A stretch of DNA of 64,000 bases from Pirellulales bacterium (GCA_963773875.1 CAVZCV010000020.1:294818-358817), one strand, 5' to 3'. Shown: positions 20,997-31,149, counted from the first letter of the stretch. The notes: generated by a model not told the origin, from the sequence alone. Numbers and translations: made by a program.

Positions 20997-21098
20997 ACCA
21001 AGCTCCTTGAAATGAAGAGGAGTAAGGAGCGCGCACCAAGCGCGCAACACCGCTTTGCAAAGAAAGAATTAAAAACAGCAAAAGCGGTCGGTGCGGAA

Positions 21099-21114
21099 CG
21101 CAACTAGCATGCCG
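21099..21114 (-). promoter_or_regulatory. Sigma54 (-24/-12) promoter for amt
   Basis: Minus strand CGGCATGCTAGTTGCG has exact GG-N10-GC spacing about 100 bp upstream of the start codon. Confidence 0.7.
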
Positions 21115-21244
21115 AGCGATGCCAGCACGGGGTGATCGAACATTCAGTTCGCGAAGGTCCGCATTTTTTCGACGGCCGGCGGTGCACGTTCAGATGAGCG
21201 ACAATGGCAGTGGCGATTCATTTGCCGATGCGCAAAGCAGCGCG

Positions 21245-21280
21245 TGCTCTAAGAATTGGCGATTTTCACCAATAATATGC
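21245..21280. promoter_or_regulatory. Two degenerate NtrC-like enhancer boxes
   Basis: tgctctaagaattggcg and ttcaccaataatatgc resemble GCAC-N7-GTGC and lie about 130-170 bp upstream of the sigma54 site. Confidence 0.45.
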
Positions 21281-21292
21281 TTTACACCTGAA

Positions 21293-21313
21293 CTTTATAG
21301 AGATTCTATAAAG
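21293..21313. promoter_or_regulatory. Perfect AT-rich palindrome containing KdpE-like TTTATA/TCTATA repeats
   Basis: CTTTATAGA-GAT-TCTATAAAG; TTTACA also present at 21281. Confidence 0.55.
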
Positions 21314-21378
21314 ATATGCATAGGCATTCGATCAATCGCATTCGGCGTTGAGCGTACGTGCTTGTTGGACAGCGCATT

Positions 21379-22082
21379 TCAATCGACGGCCAAACGGTAG
21401 CCGATGCCACGCTCGGTCAGCACATATCGGGGCTGCGCAAATTGAGTTCCACTTTTCGCCGCAGCGTGCCCATGAACACACGAAGGTGCTGGGTATCTTG
21501 CACTTCATCACCCCAGGCTTCTTTGAGCAAATGCTGGTGCGAGACTACTTTGCCGGCGTTCTGCACGAGCGTTTGCAACAGCTTGTATTCGATCGGAGTC
21601 AGGTGCACCTCCTTGCCGCGCACCATCACGCGGCGCGCCGACAAATCGATCTTGAGGTTGCCCGTTTCGAATACCGGCGGAGTCGCAGCGGCATTGGCCT
21701 TCGTTGCATGCCGCAGCGCGACGCGAATTCGGGCCATGAGTTCGGTTGTGCTGAAGGGCTTTGTCAAGTAATCGTCGGCGCCACTGTCGAGTGCCGCCAC
21801 TTTCTGGGCATCCTGGTTGCGGACGGTCAGCACAATGATTGGCGCCTGGCACCAACCGCGCAATTGCACAATCAGTTCCTGGCCATCCATATCGGGCAGA
21901 CCCAAATCGAGAATCACTAAATGTGGGATGTGCTCCACGGCCACGCGCAGTGCATCGGCCCCCGTGCCGGCTTCCTCCACGCAATAACCGGCGCCGTCTA
22001 AAAACGCCCGCAGAAATTTGCGCATGGGCGTTTCGTCTTCCACGATCAATAGTCGAGCCAATTCGTTGTCGGTTGCCATCAT
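21379..22082 (-). CDS. kdpE: KdpE-like OmpR-family response regulator (frameshift near 21440; alternative frame ends AQPRYVLTERGIGYRLAVD*)
   Basis: IVEDE, LDLGLPDMDG, GADDYLTKPF, HLTPIEY and LRVFMGTLRRK motifs. Confidence 0.85.
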
Positions 22083-23665
22083 TATGCGGTTTCCACAGCC
22101 GAGTTTTTAGCCACCTTACTCTGCAGCTGCGGCTGTTCGCAAGGCAACGTAATCGTGAATTGTGCGCCGCCGCCAACCCGATTTGTTGCGCTAATCTGGC
22201 CGCCGTGCACCAGCACAATGCTCTTACAAATCGCCAAACCCAACCCCAGCCCGCGCTGACCATCGTCAATGCGTGTGCCGCCGCGAAAGTATCGCTGAAA
22301 TACTTTCGCTTCACTTCCGGCTGGCAAACCCGGACCATTGTCGGCCACGACGATTTCCGCATGTTCGCCATGATTACGGGCAATAATTTCAATCGTGCAG
22401 TTGGCCGGCGTATAGCGAACCGCGTTCTCCAATAAATTGACGAATACCAATTCCAAGAGCTCGCCGGCGACCCACAGCGGCGGGAAATCTTGATCGATTT
22501 CGATTTTTACCGTGCGCGCTTCCAGCTCGCGGCGCAAACGGTTCATGGCCGCTTCAATCAGCTCTTCAATTGCCTCCCATTCGGCCCTCGATTGAATGAC
22601 GCCGGAGCTCAAACGCGCTAATTCGAGGAGGTTTTCGACCTGCCGGCTCATGCGGTGCGATTCATCGACCACGGTTTGCAACAATTCGCGCTTGGTCGTC
22701 AGAGTGTTTTCCGTGCTACTGTCCAGTAAGCTCGAAGCCGTCACGGCGATCGTCGCCAGCGGCGTGCGCATATCGTGCGAGATCGAATTCAACAATGAAT
22801 TCCGTAGCTTCTCCGATTGCACTTCGAGTGTGGCCTGTTGCACCTGCAATTGGGCGCGATGGGCCTCGACATTTGACCGATCCCGTTCTAGCGAGAGCGC
22901 CACCAGGTGAGCACAGATTTTGAACATGCGGACTTCATCCGCGCTGTCGAATCTCGCGGAATCTCGCGATCGCACCCCTAATACGCCGATCATCCGTTCC
23001 GCTCCGCTCATCCCGGCGAAAACAGTTTCGGGCGTATCAGACTCAATCATCCCCGCGCCATCTGCCGACCGTTGCAGGCAAGCTTGACGAGCGGCTTCCA
23101 AAAGGCGCGGATCATTGGCCAGGGCGGTGTTGTCGTTACCAAAGCGAAGGTGGACGGCGCGATCGGCGTCGCACAAGTAGATCGCCACGTCGCCGTTGAA
23201 AATCTGCTTAAGTTGCTCACCTGCCGATTGCAGCAGCGACGCTTCGCCAGACAACTCGCTCAACCGTTTTGTCAACTGGAAGAGCTGAGCGGTACGCCGC
23301 TCGCGCGTTTCTGCGCCACGAAGCTGGACTTGCAGCTTGGAAGTAAGCGCGCTTATCAATAGCCCGATGCCAAGCATCACACCCAGCGTAATGAAATACT
23401 GGGTATCGCTGACGACAAACGAAAAAGGCGGATTGACAAAGAAAAAGTCGAAGACCAGCACGCTGATAATTGCCGCCCCAATGGCCGGCCCTCGCCCGCA
23501 GCGTGCCGCCGCCACCGCCACACCGGCCAAAAAGATGATGACGATGTTTGCTTCAGTCAGCTTGTACGTGTGGCTGAGCCAGCCTAGTAGGCTGCAGGTG
23601 GCCACAATCGCGAGCATTACGGCATAATTGCCAGTATCACGAAATCCGTACATTCTATTTGTCAT
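22082..23665 (-). CDS. KdpD-like sensor kinase (DUF4118 TM + GAF-like + HisKA + HATPase) lacking the N-terminal KdpD/Usp domains
   Basis: FDFFFVNPPFSF, EKLRNSLLNSISHDMRTPL, NLLENAVRY, DNGPG and GLGLGLAIC motifs. Confidence 0.88.
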   Translation of the reverse strand: MTNRMYGFRDTGNYAVMLAIVATCSLLGWLSHTYKLTEANIVIIFLAGVAVAAARCGRGPAIGAAIISVLVFDFFFVNPPFSFVVSDTQYFITLGVMLGIGLLISALTSKLQVQLRGAETRERRTAQLFQLTKRLSELSGEASLLQSAGEQLKQIFNGDVAIYLCDADRAVHLRFGNDNTALANDPRLLEAARQACLQRSADGAGMIESDTPETVFAGMSGAERMIGVLGVRSRDSARFDSADEVRMFKICAHLVALSLERDRSNVEAHRAQLQVQQATLEVQSEKLRNSLLNSISHDMRTPLATIAVTASSLLDSSTENTLTTKRELLQTVVDESHRMSRQVENLLELARLSSGVIQSRAEWEAIEELIEAAMNRLRRELEARTVKIEIDQDFPPLWVAGELLELVFVNLLENAVRYTPANCTIEIIARNHGEHAEIVVADNGPGLPAGSEAKVFQRYFRGGTRIDDGQRGLGLGLAICKSIVLVHGGQISATNRVGGGAQFTITLPCEQPQLQSKVAKNSAVETA

Positions 23666-23696
23666 GTGTTTGACAAACGTGCATCGGCATTTGTCG

Positions 23697-24737
23697 TTAC
23701 TTATTCCACGGACTCGACGGATAGCGCGTCTTCAGCAAATCCGCGGCCTGCTTGGCACGATCGGCTTTGCCCAACTGCGTCCACAAGTCTTTAAGATGAC
23801 TGAGCGCTTCGGCGTGCTGATCGGGCAATTGATTGTAGAGCAAATCGACCCGCAAGTAGGCATACAGCGCGTCCTTGGGTTGATTCAATTTGAGATACGC
23901 ACTGCCCAGTGCATTGTAGGCGTACGCGTAAACGTAATTGTTTTCCGGCGCCGCTTGTTCGATGGCTTCATTGAGAATCTGCACGGCTTCTTTGCCGCGG
24001 CCCAGTTCCACCAGGCTTTTCGCTTTGCCGACCCGGGCGGTCAATTGTTGCGATTCCGCCGCTTTGCCTTTGGCTTCCATGTTCAGCGCGGTTTCGAATT
24101 GCTGCACGGCTTCGTCGTGCTTGCCTTGCGCTTGCAAAGCCCGGCCGAGTGCTACAACGCCGCGCATTTTGTAATCCGGCCACGGTGCAGTGGCCAATGC
24201 GCCGTAAAACGTTGGCGCTTGTTCGTAGCGGCCGATATTCACCAGCAAATCGCCCACGGCTTCATTGGCTTCATAGAAATGGTAACTGTTTTTGTTGGCG
24301 TTGATGAACGCCACAAGCGCACTGCCAGCTTTAGTGGCATCGCCGGCGCCGGTGGTCGCCAGCTTGGCGTTGGCCAGTGCTCGGTAAAAATCGACATCTT
24401 GCTTGACCGGTTCATTGCCCAACTGCGGCGGCGGAATTTTATCCAGCGCGGCCAGCACATCTTCATAATGACCATCGACTGCAGCATTGCGAGCTTCCAT
24501 CAGCTCGCGAGGCTCGCCGGGAATTTGCAAATACTTGATCTCGTTCACCTGGTAGCTTTTCGGCGGCGTGGAGATGAGCGAAATGCTGTCTTTCGTCACA
24601 TCGCCTAAGCGGCCGGGCACGGTCGCGCCGTTCAGTAAATGCACTCGATAATACTCGCCTTGGGCAAACACAGACGAACCCGCGCCCAGGATGGCAACGA
24701 GCAAGATCGACCGCAAAATAGATTGCAATGTTTTCAT
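23697..24737 (-). CDS. Secreted TPR-repeat protein
   Basis: Signal peptide (..SVFAQ), helical TPR-like repeats, C-terminal L..RYPSSPW. Confidence 0.8.
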   Translation of the reverse strand: MKTLQSILRSILLVAILGAGSSVFAQGEYYRVHLLNGATVPGRLGDVTKDSISLISTPPKSYQVNEIKYLQIPGEPRELMEARNAAVDGHYEDVLAALDKIPPPQLGNEPVKQDVDFYRALANAKLATTGAGDATKAGSALVAFINANKNSYHFYEANEAVGDLLVNIGRYEQAPTFYGALATAPWPDYKMRGVVALGRALQAQGKHDEAVQQFETALNMEAKGKAAESQQLTARVGKAKSLVELGRGKEAVQILNEAIEQAAPENNYVYAYAYNALGSAYLKLNQPKDALYAYLRVDLLYNQLPDQHAEALSHLKDLWTQLGKADRAKQAADLLKTRYPSSPWNK

Positions 24738-27700
24738 TTCTTTTCCGTGCTCGGCGTGGGGGTGGCATCAAGTCCGGGAAGGCCGATAGGTTCTTTCGAT
24801 AATCCGGTTTGAATTTCTTTGAGCAGGGTCTCGTACTGCGGCCTCCACTTCTCGCCCCCCAGTGTGGGATCAAACTGTCTGGTATTGCGAATGTCGTTTT
24901 CGGCCTTTTGAAACGCAACGCTTTTTACATCGGGTTTGTCGCTAGCTTCGGCGAAACGCTTGCGGCTCACCGTGAGGTTGTACCGGGCTTCGTGAAAAAT
25001 GTCGCGGAACCGTGGATCACGCGAAGTCTGCACGGCAAGTTTCCCCCACCCCCAAATGGTGCCTCCATCGCCTTCGATGGCTTTCACGAAATACGTGGGA
25101 TCGCCGGCGGCGCCACGTGCTTGCAACGTGCGGGCTGCTTCGACCTGCACCGGTAGCAGCGTCGGTTTTTCTTTCAGCATCTGCGAAAGGATCGCCAGCG
25201 ATTTTTCGTAATCGCCGACGCTGCGATAATCGACTGCCACGTTTCGCTTCACGCCCAACAGTCGATCGGCGGGAATAAAATTGGCATCCGATTTCGCACG
25301 CGTTTGAATTTCTTCGTACGCCTTGATCGCTTGCCGGTAGTACGAATCGGCTTCCGGCGCCGGTTTGCCGCCGGTGGCCAATCCACCGGCCAGGCTATCG
25401 TAAGTTGCCGCGACCCAGCTCAGCGTTTTGAAATCGGCAGTTCCGCTGCGCTGCGGAATGCGGCTCAAGAATTTATCGAACGCTTTGGTAAGGCGTGCCT
25501 GGCGAGCGCGATCGCCTTGCCGCGCCAATTCTTCGAGTTGCTGCTTCAAGTCGACGGCAATGCCCACGAGCAATTGCGTCAGTTTGGCCGAACCTTGCGG
25601 ATCCTGCGCATAAATCTTTTCCAGCGCATCGAGCGCCGCGGTGGCTTTATCCAATTGTTGCGGCTCGCTGTCGATGTACGAGCGAAGTGCGGTTTTGTAA
25701 ATCTCCGCCGCCATGCCTTCGCCTTGCGTGGAAGGATGTTTGTGCTGGACCAGCGTCAGCGGCCCGATTTTCGGATCTTCAAGCAGCGCGATAGCCTTTT
25801 CCGCTTGCGAGCCGTTTTCGTACAGCTGTGCTAAAGAGATGACGGCCAACATGGCACGTTCCGATACATCGTTCATTTGTCGCAGACTGGCCAGCCCTTG
25901 TTCGAGCGCGGCTTTGGCCTGTTGCGAAAGGGCGTCGAGTTCTTGCTTGGTTTTGGGGTCGTCGAATTCCGCCCCCGTGGCTGCTTTCTGTTCCCGCGCT
26001 TGCTGGGCAGCCTTCAGATATTTCGCCCACAGCGCCTGGCCGTATTTCAGCTGAGCTTCCGTGCGCGCCGGAGAATTTTCGGCCAGGTGTGAAAGCGCCT
26101 CCGATGCCTTGTCATATTGGCCGTTGACGGTGTAAACGTTGACGAGCAGTTCCGAAGCCGCGCCGGCCACCGGATCGTCGGGCCAAGCTTTGATGATGTA
26201 GCTGATGAGGTCCAGCAGCTTTGCCGATTCAAACGCCACGTCCTCGTCCGCCGCCTTGCGTTGACGGTAAGCGGCGTCGAGCGCTGCCAGAGCAATTCGG
26301 GCGGCATCGCGAGCATTCGTGGCCTTTGGAGTTTTTTTGATCATGGTCTCGCCAATCACCGCGGCATCGTCGTAGTTGCCCTTGGCGTATTGGAAGTAGC
26401 AGAGCAGATAGCGAATGAGGCTCAGCTTCTCCGGATCGGTCTTCTCATCGGCCAGATTGATGGCGCGCTGGCAATACGCGAGCGATTCCTCGCGCTTCAG
26501 CTCGACCGTGGCCTTGAGCTCCGCAATTTGCTTGGGATCGGCGGTTTTATCTTGCTGGGCGAAATTGATTTCGAGCTGCGCGGTTTTGATATCGTCGGCG
26601 GCTTCCGACGCTTTATCGTAGGCAGCATCGAATGTTTTCAGATCCGCCGCATCCTTTTCGGCGGGCGATACCGTTTCTTTGGTTTGCGCAGTCAGCTGCA
26701 TCTGTTTGCCGCCGGCGGGCAACACGAGTTTTTTGCCCGTTGCAGGTGGCGCGGCTTTTTGATGAGTCTCTTCGCCAGCGCGGCCAAGTTGCGTCAACAA
26801 TGTTCCGGCCTGCGGCTGAAAGTCTGGATGTTTCGATTTCAGGACCTCGAGCGTCAGCGCACGCGCGTCGTTCAGATAGCCGGCGGCTTTTTCGTCGCCC
26901 GAGGGCAACGTGCCGGCCAGTCCTTGCAGCGCTTTGGCAGAGAGCAATTTAAGGGCGAGCCAGTCTGCATCTTGCAACTCGGCGCCGCGGGCTGATTTGG
27001 CCCAAGCCGCCGATTTTTCCGCGGCCATGGCGAAGTCTTTGTCGGATAACCACAACGCAACAGCCTGTCTTAAGGCTTGCGTTTTCAAGAGCCGAAACGC
27101 CGAATCGCCATCGGGCAAATCGACGATCAAGTTGTTATAAGCCTCGATCGCTTGTTTGGGATCGCCAAGCTCTTCGTCGCAGCGGCCTTCGTAATAGCGA
27201 GCCGTCAGGCCGGCCAAGCGCTGCGGGAAATCTTCGTAGAGTTTGCCGCATTGCTTGGCCGCCTCGGTCAGCAGCCGAGTTCGCTCTTCGCTTTGCGGGG
27301 CTTCCACGAGTGCCATATCAAACGCCGTACGGCCGACATTGAGACTGGCCCCAAGCCATTGGCCACCTAATTGTTCGCGCTGCTCGCGTTGCGATTCCCC
27401 CTTCGGCAACGCATCGAGTTGAGTTCGAAGTCGCTTCGCGGAATCTTGAAATACTGTGCGGGCCTCGGCGTACAACGCCTGTGCTTGTTTGCGAACGGCC
27501 ACTGCGTCGGGCGAAGCGTTTTGAACGCGCGCCGCCACATTCCCGGCACGGTAGCGCAGTATATTCGCCAGCCGATCGCGGGCCGATGGCGCCAATTCAT
27601 GGTCGCCGGCGGAAGCCAAAAAATCCTTGAGCTTCGCTTGCGCTTGAGCCAGCTTCTCGTCGCGGCTTTGTGGATCGCGTTCCATCGCCGCCGTATCGAT

Positions 27701-27925
27701 CAGCACCATCGCCTGCTCGTATCCAACGATTTTTTTGGTATCCGACGCCAAATTCGGACCGGCAGCCAATTGATCGAGATATTCCGCGGCCGTATCGAGA
27801 TAGCGGCGTTCGCGCAGGGCGTCGATAAACTTGCGCGGATCGTCGGCGGCCTGGGCCGGACGATTTGCCAGCGGACAGAACTGAATCAGCAGCAAGCAAA
27901 TTGCGGTGATCGCAAACCTGTTCAT
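24734..27925 (-). CDS. Large secreted helical/TPR-like protein
   Basis: Intact ORF of over 1000 aa, signal peptide MNRFAITAICLL..AQA, Ala-rich helical repeats; overlaps the start of the next gene. Confidence 0.8.
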   Translation of the reverse strand: MNRFAITAICLLLIQFCPLANRPAQAADDPRKFIDALRERRYLDTAAEYLDQLAAGPNLASDTKKIVGYEQAMVLIDTAAMERDPQSRDEKLAQAQAKLKDFLASAGDHELAPSARDRLANILRYRAGNVAARVQNASPDAVAVRKQAQALYAEARTVFQDSAKRLRTQLDALPKGESQREQREQLGGQWLGASLNVGRTAFDMALVEAPQSEERTRLLTEAAKQCGKLYEDFPQRLAGLTARYYEGRCDEELGDPKQAIEAYNNLIVDLPDGDSAFRLLKTQALRQAVALWLSDKDFAMAAEKSAAWAKSARGAELQDADWLALKLLSAKALQGLAGTLPSGDEKAAGYLNDARALTLEVLKSKHPDFQPQAGTLLTQLGRAGEETHQKAAPPATGKKLVLPAGGKQMQLTAQTKETVSPAEKDAADLKTFDAAYDKASEAADDIKTAQLEINFAQQDKTADPKQIAELKATVELKREESLAYCQRAINLADEKTDPEKLSLIRYLLCYFQYAKGNYDDAAVIGETMIKKTPKATNARDAARIALAALDAAYRQRKAADEDVAFESAKLLDLISYIIKAWPDDPVAGAASELLVNVYTVNGQYDKASEALSHLAENSPARTEAQLKYGQALWAKYLKAAQQAREQKAATGAEFDDPKTKQELDALSQQAKAALEQGLASLRQMNDVSERAMLAVISLAQLYENGSQAEKAIALLEDPKIGPLTLVQHKHPSTQGEGMAAEIYKTALRSYIDSEPQQLDKATAALDALEKIYAQDPQGSAKLTQLLVGIAVDLKQQLEELARQGDRARQARLTKAFDKFLSRIPQRSGTADFKTLSWVAATYDSLAGGLATGGKPAPEADSYYRQAIKAYEEIQTRAKSDANFIPADRLLGVKRNVAVDYRSVGDYEKSLAILSQMLKEKPTLLPVQVEAARTLQARGAAGDPTYFVKAIEGDGGTIWGWGKLAVQTSRDPRFRDIFHEARYNLTVSRKRFAEASDKPDVKSVAFQKAENDIRNTRQFDPTLGGEKWRPQYETLLKEIQTGLSKEPIGLPGLDATPTPSTEKK

Positions 27926-28299
27926 AGGCACTACTTCACGGCACTTGGCGTGATGAGCAGCCATCGATGAATCGATTGAAGAGCAAGCCATCATCAAGAA
28001 TCGATCCCGTTGCGCCGTGAGCAAAGAAACCAGACCGCTTGCCAGGCGGTATCACAGCGAGTTCCGGGTCGCCGTGTGTTGCACGATGTCGACGGCAAAT
28101 GCAGCTGCCTTTAGCGTATGCCATCTTGCCCGCCGCCGCCGACAAAAACGCCTCTCAATCCATTATAAGGTGGCCAAATAAGCGTACAACCAGCGAGAAA
28201 TCCTGCACTTTTGGCGTTTGCTGGCTTAAATGCGTGGAGCGAAGTACGATGGGCGTGCTCGTCGAAAAACATGCTCAGCACCGCTAGTCCGAGGCCATC

Positions 28300-29358
28300 A
28301 TGCCCATCGATGTTCAGTGTGCTGCGTGCGGAAAAAAGCTGCGGGCGCCCGATGCGCAGGCCGGCCGCGTGGGAAAGTGCCCAGCGTGCAAGTCCGATAT
28401 TGTGGTGCCGGGCAATGCAGTCGGAGCACCAGGTGGTGTATCGCCGGTGCGAGCCGGCACGCCGGGTTCGATGCCAGCGATGGGCTCGTCACCGGCTGTC
28501 ACTTCTCCTTCGATCGCGCGAAGCGCGCCAGTAAAATCGGCGTCCCCTTTTGCTTCCACGATGGACGATGAGTTTGCACTGCCGCCGCCGGCTGTGCCCA
28601 TGAATGGCGACCGGCAGCCCACAAACGATTTAAACGTCGAGCCGGAGGAAAAGCACTGGTACACCATCAAGGCGGTTCTGAAATTGACGGAGCTAGCGCT
28701 GCTCGCCGAATGGATTGGCGCCAGCATCCTGGGATTGGGCATCATTGCGATTGGGCTCATGGCCGGCGGAATGTCGCGCGGCGATGTGACGACAATTCAA
28801 GTAATTACCGTCCTGATGATGTGGGGCGTGGTTGCCATGCTGCTAGGTTGGGCGGCGCTCGTAACTGGTTGGATAGTTTTAATGATGTCGTGGCCAAAGG
28901 ATCGCAGGCTGCTCATCGGGGCCGCGAGTTCGGCCGGTGTTTGCGTGCTCATCGTGCTGATTGTGGTTTCATTCGGGATGCTGGGATTCGGCAGCTCGGC
29001 GATGCGCGGACCAGGCGCCCCCAGTCCCCTGCCGAATTCAACGGCCACGACGGTGATTTTCAGTTTAGCGTCCTGCGTATCGCTGATTTTGTTCAATTTC
29101 TTTCTGGCCACCGTCCAACAGCGGATCGGGCGCGTGCACATCGATAAGCAACCGTACATTTATGCCGGTGTTGTCGGCGCGCTGACGCTGTGGTGTTTGA
29201 TTTGCAACCTGGCAATAACACCCACGAGCAGATTTGTGTACTGGATGGTGATCGTTTCCAATCTGGGGTTGCTCATTACCGAACTCTTATGGCTGTGGTT
29301 GATTAACGCCTTCACCTCGCGTGATTTACGCGTGAGCCAGGCCTGGAAACGGCTGTGA
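28300..29358 (+). CDS. Zinc-ribbon membrane protein
   Basis: CAACGK..GKCPAC N-terminus, Pro-rich linker, about 6 TM helices. Confidence 0.8.
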   Translation: MPIDVQCAACGKKLRAPDAQAGRVGKCPACKSDIVVPGNAVGAPGGVSPVRAGTPGSMPAMGSSPAVTSPSIARSAPVKSASPFASTMDDEFALPPPAVPMNGDRQPTNDLNVEPEEKHWYTIKAVLKLTELALLAEWIGASILGLGIIAIGLMAGGMSRGDVTTIQVITVLMMWGVVAMLLGWAALVTGWIVLMMSWPKDRRLLIGAASSAGVCVLIVLIVVSFGMLGFGSSAMRGPGAPSPLPNSTATTVIFSLASCVSLILFNFFLATVQQRIGRVHIDKQPYIYAGVVGALTLWCLICNLAITPTSRFVYWMVIVSNLGLLITELLWLWLINAFTSRDLRVSQAWKRL

Positions 29359-29383
29359 CAAAACTTCCTGGCCGAAACAAATA

Positions 29384-29470
29384 AGGAAACCAGGAATCCA
29401 GGAGCCCGGACAAATGCGCGATTCAAGTTGAACGACCGCTTTCCCTTTCCTGGCTTCATGGCTTCCGTAT
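29384..29470. repeat. REP-like imperfect inverted repeat built from 9-bp units
   Basis: AGGAAACC AGGAATCC AGGAG ... TTCCTGGC TTCATGGC TTCC. Confidence 0.55.
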
Positions 29471-29590
29471 ATTCTCTCCGCTCCGCCCTTCCGCTGAACC
29501 ACGATTGCACGCCAGGGCTGCGGAAGTGTCGTGCAAAACCGGCGGAATTGCCGCGGATTTAGCGACCTACAAAAAATTGCTCGTGGCCTA

Positions 29591-29619
29591 TTGCCTTTCA
29601 GACACATGTACAGTAATAT
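29591..29619 (+). promoter_or_regulatory. Putative sigma70 promoter of intergenic element B
   Basis: TTGCCT-17 bp-TAATAT with the spacer ending in TGTACAG, as at 4525-4553. Confidence 0.65.
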
Positions 29620-29740
29620 TCAGATGCATGCCTTGGCAGTGTTTTCTGACGAATAAAAGGAGCGCCTTGTAATGACCTCGAACCACCAGACACTAAGCGA
29701 ACAGGCAGCAGGCGGGCCGCATGCTACTTCACCCCAAAAA

Positions 29741-30041
29741 GTGAAGTTACTGCGAAATAACTGCCGCACTTCGCTCGAGAAATGCCGAGCGGAGCGCTGC
29801 GGTTATTTCACTCTGAATCGAGGCGACTCGAGCGGAGAGAGTGAAATAACTCGTTTTACCCGAGGAAAACATGCAGGCCGGATGAGGGCAAGTTGGGCCA
29901 AGATGAAACGTCTGAGCGAAACTGACCGAGAAAACGCGAGTGAATTCAAGAAATGCGATATTGAAATGAAAACGATCAACTCCCATCATTCGAGCAGCCA
30001 GAAAGCTCGTGAAAATCGAAAAGACGCGCCGGTTATTTCGC
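29741..30041. repeat. GTGAAATAACTG motif array, copy B (five direct/inverted copies)
   Basis: gtgaagttactg 29741, gcgaaataactg 29752, ggttatttcac 29801, gtgaaataact 29841, ggttatttcgc 30031. Confidence 0.8.
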
Positions 30042-30049
30042 GGCTGGCG

Positions 30050-30916
30050 TTAATCGCGATTGAGAGACAACACCCAGGCTTCCCAGCGTTTTTGGAAGTC
30101 GGCCATGTCGCGCTCGCCAAGGACGGCTTGCAACGTGTCGTAGCCTGTGGGATCGGTTTTTGCGCTGTCGTGAAAGCTGCGGTAGAACTTTTCCAAGAGG
30201 TCGTGCTGTTGCAGGTACAGGCACAAATAGCGGGCCTGGCCGTAATTCGCGCCGGTGTCGTGATTGTAGAACTGATCGGTCGAGGTGCTGCACAGCGCTT
30301 CGAATGCCGGCAGCCGGCCGGCGCGGATGGTTTGTTGCAATCCGGCGAGTCGCCAGTTCACGAGGCCGACGATCTTGCCGTGCTCTTCGCTCGATTGTTC
30401 GTAGAGCGAGGCCAGGCCTTCATTAAACCACGAAGGGCACTGCGGAAAATTCGTGGCGATGTAGGGGTGCACAATTTCGTGCACCAGCGTGCCGCCGCCG
30501 GTGGCGATGTTCATCACCAAAGCCCGATGCTGCGGCGAGTAATATCCATAGGGCGTGTGCGGCTTGGCGCCGAAGAGTTTTTCCGCGTGCTTTTCGTAGC
30601 TGTCTTTGTCGGCGAAGAGCCAGACATCGATAATCAGCTGCGGATCGCGCTCGAAGTAGCGGTCCTTCAAGCGATCGACCGCCCATTTAACCGTGTTCGT
30701 GGCCCGTTCTTCGACGCGCTGGGCCGGCTCATCGCCAATGACCACGAACGGCGGCTTGACGACGATGGTGAAGGACTCGTCGCCAAGTTTGGCTTTCAGG
30801 GCCTCGATGTGCCGGTCATACTCAGCCTGCGTGAAGGCCAGCGCTGGCCTATTTGCAACGAGCTGGACGCCGAGGATCAAAACTCCGACGACATGCGAAA
30901 TGAGCAGGGTTTTCAT
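30050..30916 (-). CDS. Secreted HExxH zinc-metallopeptidase-like protein (MA clan / DUF1570-like)
   Basis: Signal peptide, TLVHEIVH and WFNEGLA motifs. Confidence 0.8.
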   Translation of the reverse strand: MKTLLISHVVGVLILGVQLVANRPALAFTQAEYDRHIEALKAKLGDESFTIVVKPPFVVIGDEPAQRVEERATNTVKWAVDRLKDRYFERDPQLIIDVWLFADKDSYEKHAEKLFGAKPHTPYGYYSPQHRALVMNIATGGGTLVHEIVHPYIATNFPQCPSWFNEGLASLYEQSSEEHGKIVGLVNWRLAGLQQTIRAGRLPAFEALCSTSTDQFYNHDTGANYGQARYLCLYLQQHDLLEKFYRSFHDSAKTDPTGYDTLQAVLGERDMADFQKRWEAWVLSLNRD

Positions 30917-31149
30917 GGTTGCCTCCGAGCTCATTCTGGCAGCCGGCCACATTTCGGTAAATGTTTGCCGGGCGAGATGATACAGCGGCGTTACAATTCA
31001 CGGCCGTGCGGGTTCAATGGGCTATCTGGCGTCGCCGTGGGGAGAATTGCGAGCCAGGTTTGGCCGGGCTATTCTCGACAGTCTCGCGGGATGGTTATCT
31101 TCCGACTGGGACGGTTGGACTATTTTTCGCAAACACACAACGCTTTTAT

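Noticed and set aside
21379-21445. C-terminally truncated KdpE
   Set aside because: The normal winged-helix ending (LTERGIGYRL) is present in the adjacent frame, so this is a likely sequencing indel.
23628-24608. 326-aa plus-strand ORF and similar long antisense ORFs (26117-26995, 32205-33074, 53392-54237)
   Set aside because: Typical shadow frames of GC-rich genes, with no motifs of their own.
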